Below are positions 28,290 through 37,672 of a stretch of DNA of 64,000 bases, piece by piece. This DNA comes from a virus. The position numbers were made by a program, and so were the translations under genes. The stretch is from IMG/VR virus record IMGVR_UViG_3300044796_000141, positions 36,323 through 100,322 of that record; one strand, given 5' to 3'. Numbering within the stretch: position 1 is the first letter of the stretch; each line of letters starts with the position of its first letter. The notes beneath the pieces are model-generated. The model did no database searches. It was given only the letters and a program-made list of their open reading frames with translations, and was not told where the DNA came from.

Positions 28290-28607
28290 ATGATTGTTTA
28301 TTTAGTTTCTTCTGGCAGCTATTCAGATTGGTCTATTGATTCTCTTTGGTCTACCAAAGAAAAAGCAGAAGAGCGAATTAAGATTGTAAAAGCCAATTCT
28401 TATTGGCGCGCTTTAGAAGGTACAAAAAAATATATTAATGAATTTGCTGGTGGTACTACGCCGGCTTATTACCAAGCCAAGCTAGAACGACTTGAAAAGA
28501 TGAACCCGATTGACTATGACGGCGGCGAAATCAATGAAGAGATTGATGAATTTGAATTAGATAATGAAGAAGATTTAAAGATTCTTCAGCCTCTTACAAA
28601 AGGATAA
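28290..28607 (+). CDS. hypothetical protein
   Basis: ORF. Confidence 0.65.
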   Translation: MIVYLVSSGSYSDWSIDSLWSTKEKAEERIKIVKANSYWRALEGTKKYINEFAGGTTPAYYQAKLERLEKMNPIDYDGGEINEEIDEFELDNEEDLKILQPLTKG

Positions 28608-28610
28608 TTT

Positions 28611-29552
28611 ATGTCATTGAAGTCTTATAATATTTTAATGTTTTCCCGTTTTTATGATGGCGGCATAGACGCTTGCTGGTCTGTCAATGAAGAAACGTGT
28701 GACTTTCTTTATAAAGCGCCCAATGAAATGGAAGCTATTCGAGAATACATTAGAGTATTGCGTGAAGAGTCTGGCGTGACTATGATGTCAGGCGATAATT
28801 GCTTCGATGACGCCAAATGGAATACCAGTACTAAAGTTTATGAAGATTATATCAATATGGAAGACCCCGACATTGTAATGGAGGTGTTTTTTCCAGTTGA
28901 AAGCGGAATTATTAAAGATTTTGATGATAGTACTGCTAAAGGTACTTCTATTGAAGCTTCACTTAAAAAACTTAAACTAATTTATGGCAAGTGGGATGGC
29001 AATGCTACCACTAGACCATTTTTAGGTCCACAGAAAAAGTACAAAGGTTATCCAATTTACGAAACTGGTATTCCTAGTCAATACAGTACTAAATACTTTA
29101 AAAATAAGACTATTGGCTACGTTCCACCTGAAACAAAAATCCCGCCTATTGCACCAGGCGCTGGATATGAACACCCGTTCTTTAAAGATGAATTCAATGA
29201 TTATAGAGTTGCTGTTAATACTTGGTTTCTTACTTTAAAGACTAAAGATAAGCTTTATCCAGGAATAAACGTCGATACAAAAGAAGAAGATTATTGTTAC
29301 CTCTATAAAGATATAAAAATGGCTAAACAATATCCCTTTTCTATTCCTGACTATATCTTTTCGCGCGACCTAGAAGAAGAAATTCTTAAGAAAGAAATTT
29401 CTTTTGAAGGTATTGACCCTGCTGTCAAACGCTTAATGAATAGCGTTATGCCAATGCATGGCCAAGACTGCTGTCCTAAGTGTGGCAATGTAGGTAAGTG
29501 GGTGCGCGCTTCTATTGTTTGTGAAACGCACGGAAGATTTGGTGGATTGTAG
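28611..29552 (+). CDS. hypothetical protein with C-terminal zinc ribbon
   Basis: 313 aa; CCPKCGNVGKWVRASIVCETHG. Confidence 0.7.
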   Translation: MSLKSYNILMFSRFYDGGIDACWSVNEETCDFLYKAPNEMEAIREYIRVLREESGVTMMSGDNCFDDAKWNTSTKVYEDYINMEDPDIVMEVFFPVESGIIKDFDDSTAKGTSIEASLKKLKLIYGKWDGNATTRPFLGPQKKYKGYPIYETGIPSQYSTKYFKNKTIGYVPPETKIPPIAPGAGYEHPFFKDEFNDYRVAVNTWFLTLKTKDKLYPGINVDTKEEDYCYLYKDIKMAKQYPFSIPDYIFSRDLEEEILKKEISFEGIDPAVKRLMNSVMPMHGQDCCPKCGNVGKWVRASIVCETHGRFGGL

Positions 29553-29554
29553 TC

Positions 29555-29584
29555 TTGACAAAAAACGCAAAGCTATGCTAGAGT
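29555..29584 (+). promoter_or_regulatory. sigma70-like promoter for a short non-coding transcript
   Basis: TTGACA-N18-TAGAGT. Confidence 0.6.
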
Positions 29585-29589
29585 TGTGA

Positions 29590-29712
29590 AGCTTGGCAAG
29601 CGGTTGTGGCCAGACCAAAGAGAATGTTAGGGCTGTAATGGCTCCTTCTAATTGGGTTTTCGACAACGGGAGAACTGCGTTGGAGCCAAACAGGAAATAC
29701 TTGACTGATAGG
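29590..29712 (+). ncRNA. candidate small structured RNA
   Basis: Promoter-proximal, no plausible ORF; ggctcc...ggagcc pairing. Confidence 0.3.
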
Positions 29713-29777
29713 AAAGAGACTATCATTTAAATTATGTACTTAAACTAATCATTTCAAAATAAAAAGGACCATTCACA

Positions 29778-31637
29778 ATGAATATTTTTCAAAAACTTAA
29801 ATACCATTTTCTATCTAAAGATAATAAAATTCTTTACTATAATCATAATTTTTATACTGGAGAGTATAAGATTTATGAGCAGCAAATTAAAGCAGCAAAT
29901 GAAATTTATAATAAATTTACAAATGGAGAAAAGCATGTGTTGCTTATTTCTTCTCCACAGGCTGGCAAAACTATAACTGCCGACCATACCGCTCTTCTTA
30001 TGATGGAAAGAATTAAAAATAATAAATCATTTATTGAAAATCAAAAACAACTAAAGGTTTATTATGTGCTTACGTTAAGCAGTACTGAGCTAAAAACACA
30101 TTTAGAAAAAAATGTAAATAAAGCTTTTGAATTTTATTCTGAATTAGGAATGAAATTTCCCTTTATTAAAATTCTTCATTCTGATGACCTAAAAACAAAA
30201 ACAAAAAAGTACAAAGAATTAAACGAACAAATTAAAGAAGATGTCGATAACGGATTTGTTGTTATGGTAATCAATGACGAGTGTCACGCCGGACAAGGAA
30301 AAGGAGGAATTTACAATAAAAATTTACTAAAGCGTTTCAACGTAGATTTGCGTAAACCAAGGGAAAATTGGCCACAAAATTTGTTTTTGTTGTCTATTTC
30401 TGCGACGCCATTTGCAGCGGCTCTTGCCGCTCAATCTTATCCACCTATTTTTGATTTTGTAGTTTTGAAAACTTCAAAAGAATACTTTTCAGTAGAAAAA
30501 ATTCTCGCATCAGGAAGATTTCACCCAACAGAAGACAAAAAGCTTTTAGATGTTTATAAAGATAAAAATGGAAATGAACGCAAAAATCTAGAAGATGTTT
30601 TAGATACTACTTTTCAGTATTATGAATCAGTTAATAGAAAAACTGGCGTTGCTATACTTAGAATGGGAAGTAGTAAAAACAAAAAAGAAATAAAAGAAAT
30701 TATTTTTCGCGAATGCAATAAAAAAGGCATTAATCCAATTATTAATTCGTATGGTGACCACGACGGCGCGGACGGAAGTATTCAAGAAGCAAAAAAATTA
30801 CTAGAAAGTAGTTCAGAATTTTTAGAGGCAGGTTATGGAAAAAACACAGTTATATTTGCATTAATTTTTAATGCTTTTGCGGCAGGAAGTGATATTTCAT
30901 TTACAGGAAAAAATAAAGAGTTCGGAAGAGCAAACTGCCTATTGTGGTATGAGCCCGCCATGAGCGATTTAGAAAAAGTAGATTCTTATATTCAAAGAAT
31001 TATGAGAAATGGAGGATATGGACGTGAAAATTTAATGTATCCTATTTTTGGTTCGCGCAGACTTATGGAAAAAGTAAAGGATTTTTACACTAATCCAGAA
31101 AAATATCTAAAATATAATCCATTAAATGGGATTATTGAAGTTCCAAAAGGAAATGGAATTATTAATGAAGGTGGTAAAAAAATAAAATATAAATCATTTG
31201 CATTTTATTCACTAGACGAAATTAAAGAATTTCTTAAAGAAGAAGGTATTGAAACTATATCTGGCGTAAACAAGATTCCAACAAATCATAGTTACGATGC
31301 GTCTAAAGATATCGTAAATGACAAAAACAGACAGGGAACAAGTCCAAAAGATAGAGAATTAAAAAGAAGTAGAATTTGGGACATTTCGGAAAAAACTGGA
31401 AAATATGTAGAGTGTGGAAAAGTTCTTAAGCATAAAGACGGAACAGAAATGACTAAGGAAGAACAAATAAAAGAAATCGCCGCGCGCACGCAAAGCTGGG
31501 AAATGTTAAGAGCAAAATATGGTTCAAAAAATTACCTTGTTTTTATTGAAGACGGCTTTGAAAATTTTGAACAAACTTTCGATGAAAAGCACATTCTTTC
31601 ACCAAATACTAAAGAAATTTCTTTACAACTACAATGA
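29778..31637 (+). CDS. SF2 (DEAD/DEAH-like) helicase
   Basis: 619 aa; SSPQAGKT (Walker A), INDECHAGQ (motif II), SISATP (motif III), YIQRIMRNGGYGR (motif VI). Confidence 0.8.
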   Translation: MNIFQKLKYHFLSKDNKILYYNHNFYTGEYKIYEQQIKAANEIYNKFTNGEKHVLLISSPQAGKTITADHTALLMMERIKNNKSFIENQKQLKVYYVLTLSSTELKTHLEKNVNKAFEFYSELGMKFPFIKILHSDDLKTKTKKYKELNEQIKEDVDNGFVVMVINDECHAGQGKGGIYNKNLLKRFNVDLRKPRENWPQNLFLLSISATPFAAALAAQSYPPIFDFVVLKTSKEYFSVEKILASGRFHPTEDKKLLDVYKDKNGNERKNLEDVLDTTFQYYESVNRKTGVAILRMGSSKNKKEIKEIIFRECNKKGINPIINSYGDHDGADGSIQEAKKLLESSSEFLEAGYGKNTVIFALIFNAFAAGSDISFTGKNKEFGRANCLLWYEPAMSDLEKVDSYIQRIMRNGGYGRENLMYPIFGSRRLMEKVKDFYTNPEKYLKYNPLNGIIEVPKGNGIINEGGKKIKYKSFAFYSLDEIKEFLKEEGIETISGVNKIPTNHSYDASKDIVNDKNRQGTSPKDRELKRSRIWDISEKTGKYVECGKVLKHKDGTEMTKEEQIKEIAARTQSWEMLRAKYGSKNYLVFIEDGFENFEQTFDEKHILSPNTKEISLQLQ

Positions 31638-31656
31638 TGCAAAGGTATCATGACCT

Positions 31657-32452
31657 ATGATTTTTAGATATCCAGGCAGCAAGAAAAAACTAATGAAATT
31701 TATCATGCCACACATAGATAAGATGATTATTGGACATGATAACTTCTATGATGTTTTTGTTGGAGGTCGGCTCTGTAGCTATAGCGGTAGCTAAAAAATA
31801 TCCAGATGTTAATATATATATGAACGATTTAAATGAAAATATATTTTGTTTTTGGAAGATTATATCAGAAAATAAACCAGAAGAAATATTTCAATTAAAA
31901 AGTTTAATTGAAAAAATTCCTACAATTGAATTATTTATATATAACAAAAATACAAAACCAATTACAAATATAGAAAAAGCATATTATGCGATATTTTTTA
32001 ATCGTTGTACGTTTTCTGGAATCGAAACTGCTGGACCTATTGGTGGATTAAAACAAGAAAGCAAATGGAAAGTAAATTGTAGATATAATCTAAAAAAGAT
32101 TCACAAATCAATAGATGATTTAGTAAAGTTATTTTCAGGAAGATTGACTTGTACCAATTATGATTTTAGTTTGTTTTTAGAAAAGTATAACAATGGAATG
32201 TTTTATTTAGACCCTCCCTATTATAAACAAGGAAAGAATTTATATTCTTGCTTTATGAAACCAGAAGAACATTTATTATTAAAAAATAAATTATCTTCAA
32301 TAAATAATTGGTTGTTGTCTTATGATAATTGTGAAGAAGTTCGTTTTATGTATCCCGACCAAAATATAGAATATATAGATGCAAAATATTGTATTGACGG
32401 GATAAAAGAAAATTGGAAAATGTGTAAAGAAATTTTAGTTAAAAATAATTAA
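31657..32452 (+). CDS. dam: D12-class DNA adenine methyltransferase (Dam-like) with one CGG quadruplet site (31768)
   Basis: MIFRYPGSKKKLMKFIMPHIDKMIIGHDNFYDVFVG|GGSVAIAVAKKYPDVNIYMNDLNEN...TFSGIETAGPIGG...MFYLDPPYYKQGKNLY. Confidence 0.85.
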
Positions 32453-32461
32453 GGAGATAAT

Positions 32462-32695
32462 ATGAAAAATGCATTAGCTTCTATTAGTGTTCTTGGTTTG
32501 ATTGTTTTTATTGCTCTGTGCTTTGGACCTTTGGCTTTGTCTATATATGGCATTGTATTAGCTTTTAAGGCAAGCGCAGTCGTTGGATTGCTAGCTCTTC
32601 TTGTTGAGCCCTCGCCACTTATCATTGGGTTTGCTGCGTTCTTTTGTCATGTTGACTTGGCTCAGCGTATGGCCCAAGCGTTGGGGTTGCAATGA
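32462..32695 (+). CDS. small membrane protein
   Basis: Hydrophobic ORF. Confidence 0.6.
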   Translation: MKNALASISVLGLIVFIALCFGPLALSIYGIVLAFKASAVVGLLALLVEPSPLIIGFAAFFCHVDLAQRMAQALGLQ

Positions 32696-32925
32696 AATAT
32701 TTATTTTGTTTGATGCTTATTGGCTGTACTGATGCTGAATTTGCTAACCTTACTACGCTTGGCGATTCTGGACATGTTAAATGTTATTCAGGTGGTGAAG
32801 TAATTTATGAAGGCGATTCAACTGGTAAGATTGCCACCACTTCGCAAAGCGACGGTTGGGAATTTAAAGAGGCTGCTACCGGCAAGTTTGTCCGCGTGAG
32901 CGGAACTTGTGTTATTAAGAACTAA
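32692..32925 (+). CDS. small lipoprotein
   Basis: MKYLFCLMLIGC lipobox. Confidence 0.65.
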   Translation: MKYLFCLMLIGCTDAEFANLTTLGDSGHVKCYSGGEVIYEGDSTGKIATTSQSDGWEFKEAATGKFVRVSGTCVIKN

Positions 32926-32926
32926 T

Positions 32927-33091
32927 ATGAAATATCTATTATTAACTTTGATGACTAGCTGTTATGCTTTTCCACAATCCACTTGTTTAAATCAATGCGT
33001 ATATGAACAAGTCCAATCCTTCAAAAATTCTGTAGAAAAAGCTAATGAGGTTTGTTTAAGAGTTTGCTTACCTCCAGAAGTTAAAAAGTAG
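32927..33091 (+). CDS. small exported Cys-rich protein
   Basis: MKYLLLTLMTSCYAFPQSTCLNQCVYEQ. Confidence 0.5.
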   Translation: MKYLLLTLMTSCYAFPQSTCLNQCVYEQVQSFKNSVEKANEVCLRVCLPPEVKK

Positions 33092-33124
33092 TTCGTCCAG
33101 CGCCACTATGACAGATTGAAATGT

Positions 33125-33215
33125 GAGCTGTATTCGGCCGCGAATTTAGATTGCTCGCGGGAACAAGCTGCAATCTCCGGTTGGTTGACCTCTATAACCG
33201 AGTACAGAAACAATT
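33125..33215 (+). ncRNA. candidate multibranched structured RNA
   Basis: Outer stem CUGUAUUCGG/CCGAGUACAG, inner AGAUUGC/GCAAUCU and GGUU/AACC; non-coding. Confidence 0.4.
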
Positions 33216-33227
33216 GAGGTTTTTATT

Positions 33228-33431
33228 ATGAAAGAAAAATTTTTAAGCCTCGTTAAAGAAATTGTCGATGCACATAAAGTTTCAGTCATCACCAAAGAGT
33301 TCGGCATCAGTAAGCCGACAGTTTTTCGCTGGTTGCGAGGTGTATCAGAACCACACCCTGCAATGCTTCCGCATATGATTCTTGACTTAGAAAGAATTAA
33401 AAAAGAGCTTGACGCATCTAGCGTAACTTGA
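33228..33431 (+). CDS. helix-turn-helix protein
   Basis: ITKEFGISKPTVFRWLRGVSEPHPAM. Confidence 0.65.
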   Translation: MKEKFLSLVKEIVDAHKVSVITKEFGISKPTVFRWLRGVSEPHPAMLPHMILDLERIKKELDASSVT

Positions 33432-33443
33432 TAGTGTATCTAT

Positions 33444-33518
33444 GGGCGCGTCGTTCAAGGGATAGGACTACAGTCTTCTAAACTGTTAATCCCCGTTCGA
33501 GTCGGGGCGTGCCTACCA
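33444..33518 (+). tRNA. tRNA-Arg(UCU)
   Basis: GGGCGCG/CGTGCCT acceptor, ACAGT-CTTCTAA-ACTGT anticodon arm, CCCCG-TTCGAGT-CGGGG T-arm, encoded CCA. Confidence 0.92.
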
Positions 33519-33682
33519 TACACTTATGAAAAAGAAAATTCCATCCATTATCATTCCTCGGACAAAAGTTCGCAATCCAATAAGCGATAATGCCCACGCA
33601 CGCAAAGCAGGGCCAATGAAGAATAAGAACCAAAAGCGCAATATTAAACGCCTCCCTAAAGAAATATTTAAGGAAATCAAAA

Positions 33683-34099
33683 ATGAACGCTGAAGAACTT
33701 GAAGAATTGCTAAAGCCGCCAAGCTTTACTATTGCAGAAATTTGGGATTCTGGCAAAGATTGTGAAGCTTATTGCGCAGGTTGTCAAATTCAAAGATTAG
33801 TTTTAAATAATTCTGATGGATTTAGATGTCGTGGTTGCGAACGAAGATTTCAACCTGAACAAAAAGCGGGTAAAATTATTGAAAATAGAATGCACGAAGC
33901 AATAGAAGATAAATTTTCTATTAAAGATTATGTGACTAAATTTACAACCCTTAGAGGTGTTACTGTTCATTGTGCTCGCTGTCAAGGAGCATGTGGTTTG
34001 GATAGAAACGGAAATAGATTTTACTGTGCGGGTTGTGGATGGATGCAATCAGAGAATAAAATTATTTATTTTGCTGATAAACTAACAAAGAAAGGCTAG
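33683..34099 (+). CDS. MNAEELEELLKPP zinc-ribbon family protein
   Basis: Two CxxC pairs: YCAGC..CRGC and CARC..CAGC. Confidence 0.7.
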   Translation: MNAEELEELLKPPSFTIAEIWDSGKDCEAYCAGCQIQRLVLNNSDGFRCRGCERRFQPEQKAGKIIENRMHEAIEDKFSIKDYVTKFTTLRGVTVHCARCQGACGLDRNGNRFYCAGCGWMQSENKIIYFADKLTKKG

Positions 34100-34103
34100 A
34101 ATT

Positions 34104-34439
34104 ATGCTGAAGGATGAAGAAGTGATTACTAAACCGATGGTTCGTTATGGCTATAATGAATGGGCTCAACGCAAGAATGTTCTGTTTACATTCCGCGCCG
34201 ATGACCTAATCTTCTACGGTATTTCGCAGTGTAAATTGCGCACTGACAAGTTCGATAAAGAGCTTGGTCGCCATATTGCCAAAGAACGCGCTAAGAAGGC
34301 TTATCAAGACTTTATCAATTGGAAGTCTGAGTCGGTCACTCCGTACAGCAACTATGGTCACATTGAGCAAGCCGATATCAAGAAGCTTTTAAACTATTTC
34401 GATAATGTTGCGCCCGAAGATTTTCCACGAAAGAAATAA
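34104..34439 (+). CDS. hypothetical protein
   Basis: ORF. Confidence 0.65.
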   Translation: MLKDEEVITKPMVRYGYNEWAQRKNVLFTFRADDLIFYGISQCKLRTDKFDKELGRHIAKERAKKAYQDFINWKSESVTPYSNYGHIEQADIKKLLNYFDNVAPEDFPRKK

Positions 34440-34440
34440 T

Positions 34441-34839
34441 ATGAAGAATAAAAATAAGATTGAATTGCTTAATAAAGCAATTGATTTGGCGCAAGGTCCA
34501 GGCAAGTGTCAGTATGTTATTGATGATAAGCCAGGGTGCGTCATTGGGCAACTCTGCGCTTTGCAGGGTGTCGAAATTGCTCAAATGAGTACTTGGGCTA
34601 GATGGATGTTTGTAAGTCCTCCATCAACAAGAGATATTAATCAAAAATTCATTCCATATGATATGTCAGGCGGCGTAAAAGAAATTTTTAATAAGCAATT
34701 CGAACGCGACTTGCTGCAAGAACTACAAACTATGTGGGATAGAACTAGAACCTTTACTAAAGATGTGCCGCATCTTAAAGCAGAAATGAAGCAAATGGTT
34801 CTTGAAATGTATGAAATGCAGGCATCTGATAGTATTTGA
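34441..34839 (+). CDS. hypothetical protein distantly like the 2455 gene
   Basis: CVIGQLCALQG region resembles CCLGVLCD. Confidence 0.6.
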   Translation: MKNKNKIELLNKAIDLAQGPGKCQYVIDDKPGCVIGQLCALQGVEIAQMSTWARWMFVSPPSTRDINQKFIPYDMSGGVKEIFNKQFERDLLQELQTMWDRTRTFTKDVPHLKAEMKQMVLEMYEMQASDSI

Positions 34840-34864
34840 CAAGCGCTGGCAGCGGTGCTAGCTT
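34836..34864 (+). promoter_or_regulatory. promoter of tRNA-Ile
   Basis: TTGACA-N17-TAGCTT. Confidence 0.6.
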
Positions 34865-34872
34865 GTGGTAAT

Positions 34873-34947
34873 GCACATATAACTCATCGGTAGAGTGCAG
34901 TCCTTATAAGACTGGAGCAGTTGGTTCGACTCCAACTATGTGCACCA
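34873..34947 (+). tRNA. tRNA-Ile(UAU)
   Basis: GCACATA/TATGTGC acceptor, CAGTC-CTTATAA-GACTG, GTTGG-TTCGACT-CCAAC, encoded CCA. Confidence 0.9.
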
Positions 34948-35464
34948 TTTGCTTTCTATGATTTTCGTAGCGTTTAATAACGAGTTTTCTTTTTTCTGAA
35001 TGTTCTTGATAGTGTAATTCGTGATGACAATTTTGGCAAAGTAAAATACATTTATCTAATTCTTTTTTAATTGTTTCAAAGCCTAAATTATGATGACCGC
35101 CGATAGCAAAATCTTTTTTACTTGGGTCCAAATGATGAAAAACCATTGCGGCCGGACATTTATCATATCCACAATGAGAACATTTACCACCAAGATATTC
35201 AATGCTCTTTTGTTTAACGGCAAATCTTCTAGAATTAACCGAGCAAGAAGCGCAGACCAATCCTTTCCCAGTATAAGCTTTATTACAAATTTCACAGCTT
35301 CGAGAAATTGAAGTAATATTTATGTGTCCAAATGCAACAGTATTGTGTTTACCCCACGGAGAACATTCAAGGCAATATTTTCTATTTGAAAGAACTTTTC
35401 TTTTTCCTTCGATTGTTATTGACGACGGAAAAGATTTTTCACAATTTTTACATATCATATACAA
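34904..35464 (-). CDS. HNH endonuclease, uninterrupted
   Basis: CSHCGYDKCPAAMVFHHLDPSKKDFAI...CILLCQNCHHELHYQE; 3' end lies inside the tRNA-Ile gene on the opposite strand. Confidence 0.8.
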   Translation of the reverse strand: MYMICKNCEKSFPSSITIEGKRKVLSNRKYCLECSPWGKHNTVAFGHINITSISRSCEICNKAYTGKGLVCASCSVNSRRFAVKQKSIEYLGGKCSHCGYDKCPAAMVFHHLDPSKKDFAIGGHHNLGFETIKKELDKCILLCQNCHHELHYQEHSEKRKLVIKRYENHRKQMVHIVGVEPTAPVL

Positions 35465-35545
35465 TAATTATACCACAAGTCTAAAAAATATAAAGAAAAT
35501 AACCACTTGACAAGATGAACTTAGAACGATAGAATTTGGACCACA

Positions 35546-35809
35546 ATGATTAAACTACCTACAGCCAAAGAGGCACGACGCATTACTGTCGGCAAGAAGA
35601 AACGCATAAAGGAATTGCTGTTTGTTCTTTTGGCCGAAGCTATCGACGAAGGCAAACATCACACTTGGGTCGGCTTCAAACATAAAGAGAAAGCACTTAA
35701 AGCCTTAAAGAAGTTAAACAAATTAGATTATGCGTGCGAAATAGATTATGTAGGTTATCCAGGAATCGCTAAAAAAATGTGCAAATATAGACTAAGGATT
35801 TCGTGGTAA
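35546..35809 (+). CDS. hypothetical protein
   Basis: ORF downstream of TTGACA-N17-TAGAAT. Confidence 0.65.
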   Translation: MIKLPTAKEARRITVGKKKRIKELLFVLLAEAIDEGKHHTWVGFKHKEKALKALKKLNKLDYACEIDYVGYPGIAKKMCKYRLRISW

Positions 35810-35810
35810 T

Positions 35811-36080
35811 ATGAACCTTGAACAATTAGAAAAAGCATTTGAAATTCCTAATCCTCGGATTACGACAATAGAGATTGCTGCAAAAAGATTCAATCAAAAT
35901 AATTCGGATAATTTTCATCCATTTAATAGCTGTCCAGAGTGTGACAGATTTGACCATTACAAAAATAAAATAAATTATGATTCGGGTACTAGAAATGTAA
36001 CCATTACATTTCCAATCACCTGCTATGCATGTTCTTATGTTTATCCTTTAAATACTCCTGTCCAAATGGTCAAAGCATGA
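35811..36080 (+). CDS. MNLEQLEKAFEIP zinc-ribbon family protein
   Basis: CPECDRF...CYAC. Confidence 0.7.
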   Translation: MNLEQLEKAFEIPNPRITTIEIAAKRFNQNNSDNFHPFNSCPECDRFDHYKNKINYDSGTRNVTITFPITCYACSYVYPLNTPVQMVKA

Positions 36081-36340
36081 AAAAAGAACCAAACAAAGAA
36101 CCTAACACTCTCTACGCCCTTCATTTTAAAGATGAGCTTATCGAACCAAATATTTGGAAAAAATATAGTGACAAGTATGGTTCGCAAGGTCTGTACGGAT
36201 GGAAGCCACCAAAGAAAGTTTATTATACTTTAGGGCACGCCAAAGCGGCAATGAAGCACTTACCAAAACAAATTATTAACGAAGTGCAAATTATTAAATA
36301 TAAGCCATTTGAAACGGCAGCAATTAATGATAAAAGCTAA
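36077..36340 (+). CDS. hypothetical protein
   Basis: MKKEPNKEPNTLYALHFKDELIEP... Confidence 0.6.
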   Translation: MKKEPNKEPNTLYALHFKDELIEPNIWKKYSDKYGSQGLYGWKPPKKVYYTLGHAKAAMKHLPKQIINEVQIIKYKPFETAAINDKS

Positions 36341-36566
36341 AGTTCACTCCCTTAAGGCTCATGGCTTTACAAAATGCCCTCGGTGCATGAAGTACGGTCC
36401 CCCCTTGAACTTTGACAACCTTTGTGATAGGTGTTGTCTTATCTTGGTAGAGCACTTTCCAAATGACCCGAGCATTCCTTTTATTAAAGAGCACAACAAG
36501 AATTTTTTACAGCAAATTAAACATAGCGAATATATTAAACAAAGTTCAATAATGAGCGAAGAATGA
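36330..36566 (+). CDS. CxxC protein
   Basis: MIKAKVHSLKAHGFTKCPRCMKYGPPLNFDNLCDRC. Confidence 0.55.
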   Translation: MKAKVHSLKAHGFTKCPRCMKYGPPLNFDNLCDRCCLILVEHFPNDPSIPFIKEHNKNFLQQIKHSEYIKQSSIMSEE

Positions 36567-36780
36567 AAATACTATTAACACTATTAGTGCTTATGGCTCC
36601 AAACCTTCCACAAAAAGAATGGAAAAATATATCTGGCGTAACTGTAACCAGAATTTATGACCCCGATACGAATGTAGTTTGTTATGTGTCTGTAACCAGT
36701 AATAGCTATCCAGTTTCAACATCAATCAGTTGTTTCTCAATGAAGTTAAACGTCAGTCTATAAAGAAAAGGAAAAAGAAA

Positions 36781-37044
36781 ATGTCATTGCCTAAAGATAA
36801 GTGGTTAATCGAGCGTTTGAAGTATTTGGACAAGTGCGCGGCGGTCACAAAGAAGAAGATGTGTTATGCATCCTTTGTTACCAAAGACGGCGATAAGGTC
36901 AAGAAGCATGATTTGGGCTTCTTTACTGAAAGGGATTTGGGAGTTGCTTGGTCAAGAGCATTCCAATTAGTTCCATACAATCCCGCAACTGGCTTCTTTC
37001 CAGCAGGCAAAATTGAATTCTCGTCAGTTATTGAGCACAAGTAG
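36781..37044 (+). CDS. hypothetical protein
   Basis: ORF with SD. Confidence 0.65.
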   Translation: MSLPKDKWLIERLKYLDKCAAVTKKKMCYASFVTKDGDKVKKHDLGFFTERDLGVAWSRAFQLVPYNPATGFFPAGKIEFSSVIEHK

Positions 37045-37206
37045 GTGATACTACTTATTGCAGTATTTTTATTGATAGCTTTCATACTTGGAAGAAGGTA
37101 TGAAACATATTCAATGAAAAAGAAACTTGTTAATAAAGTTTTAAGCCAACTAAAAGAAGAAGACGAGGCTGGCAGTAAAGTAATCTATCTAACGAGAAAA
37201 AAATGA
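37045..37206 (+). CDS. small membrane protein (GTG start)
   Basis: VILLIAVFLLIAFILGRRYETYSMKKKLVNKVLSQLKEEDEAGSKVIYLTRKK. Confidence 0.45.
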   Translation: MILLIAVFLLIAFILGRRYETYSMKKKLVNKVLSQLKEEDEAGSKVIYLTRKK

Positions 37207-37421
37207 ACCTAGAACAATTAGAAGAGATATTAAATCCATCAAAAATCTTTGTAGGAGCGCACGAAATGTCTTTACGAGACGCAATAAGTACAGGATTGGT
37301 GTTTTCTGCCGAGTGTCGGAATTGTCGCCGAATGAGCGAAAATAATCCTACTCACTGCAAGCGGCGTGGCTGTACAGCGCCTCTAAATATATCGTCCATT
37401 AGAAAGATTGTATTTACATGA
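37203..37421 (+). CDS. MNLEQLEEILNPS zinc-ribbon family protein
   Basis: CRNC...CKRRGC; contains in-frame CGG 37317 read as Arg. Confidence 0.7.
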   Translation: MNLEQLEEILNPSKIFVGAHEMSLRDAISTGLVFSAECRNCRRMSENNPTHCKRRGCTAPLNISSIRKIVFT

Positions 37422-37672
37422 ATATAGACGATTTTCAAACTGTATTAGAGTGGCATACTGGTTCTAAAGAAAAGCCACAAGTGATGACTCTTAAAGAAGC
37501 GCATAAGAGATACAGGTCGGACAAAATGAGATTATATCATGTAATATGTCCACACTGTCATCGCGAAAATACACCAAGTGGATATAGTGAAGATAAACAT
37601 ACTTGCGCTCGTTGCATGCAAATAATCGATTCTAACCTTTTAACTTCAAAGATTGAATACTACGACCTATGA
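37418..37672 (+). CDS. MNIDDFQTVLEW zinc-ribbon family protein
   Basis: CPHC...CARC. Confidence 0.7.
   Translation: MNIDDFQTVLEWHTGSKEKPQVMTLKEAHKRYRSDKMRLYHVICPHCHRENTPSGYSEDKHTCARCMQIIDSNLLTSKIEYYDL

Noticed and set aside
35090-35510. Plus-strand ORFs 35090..35311 and 35322..35510
   Set aside because: Antisense to the intact HNH gene.
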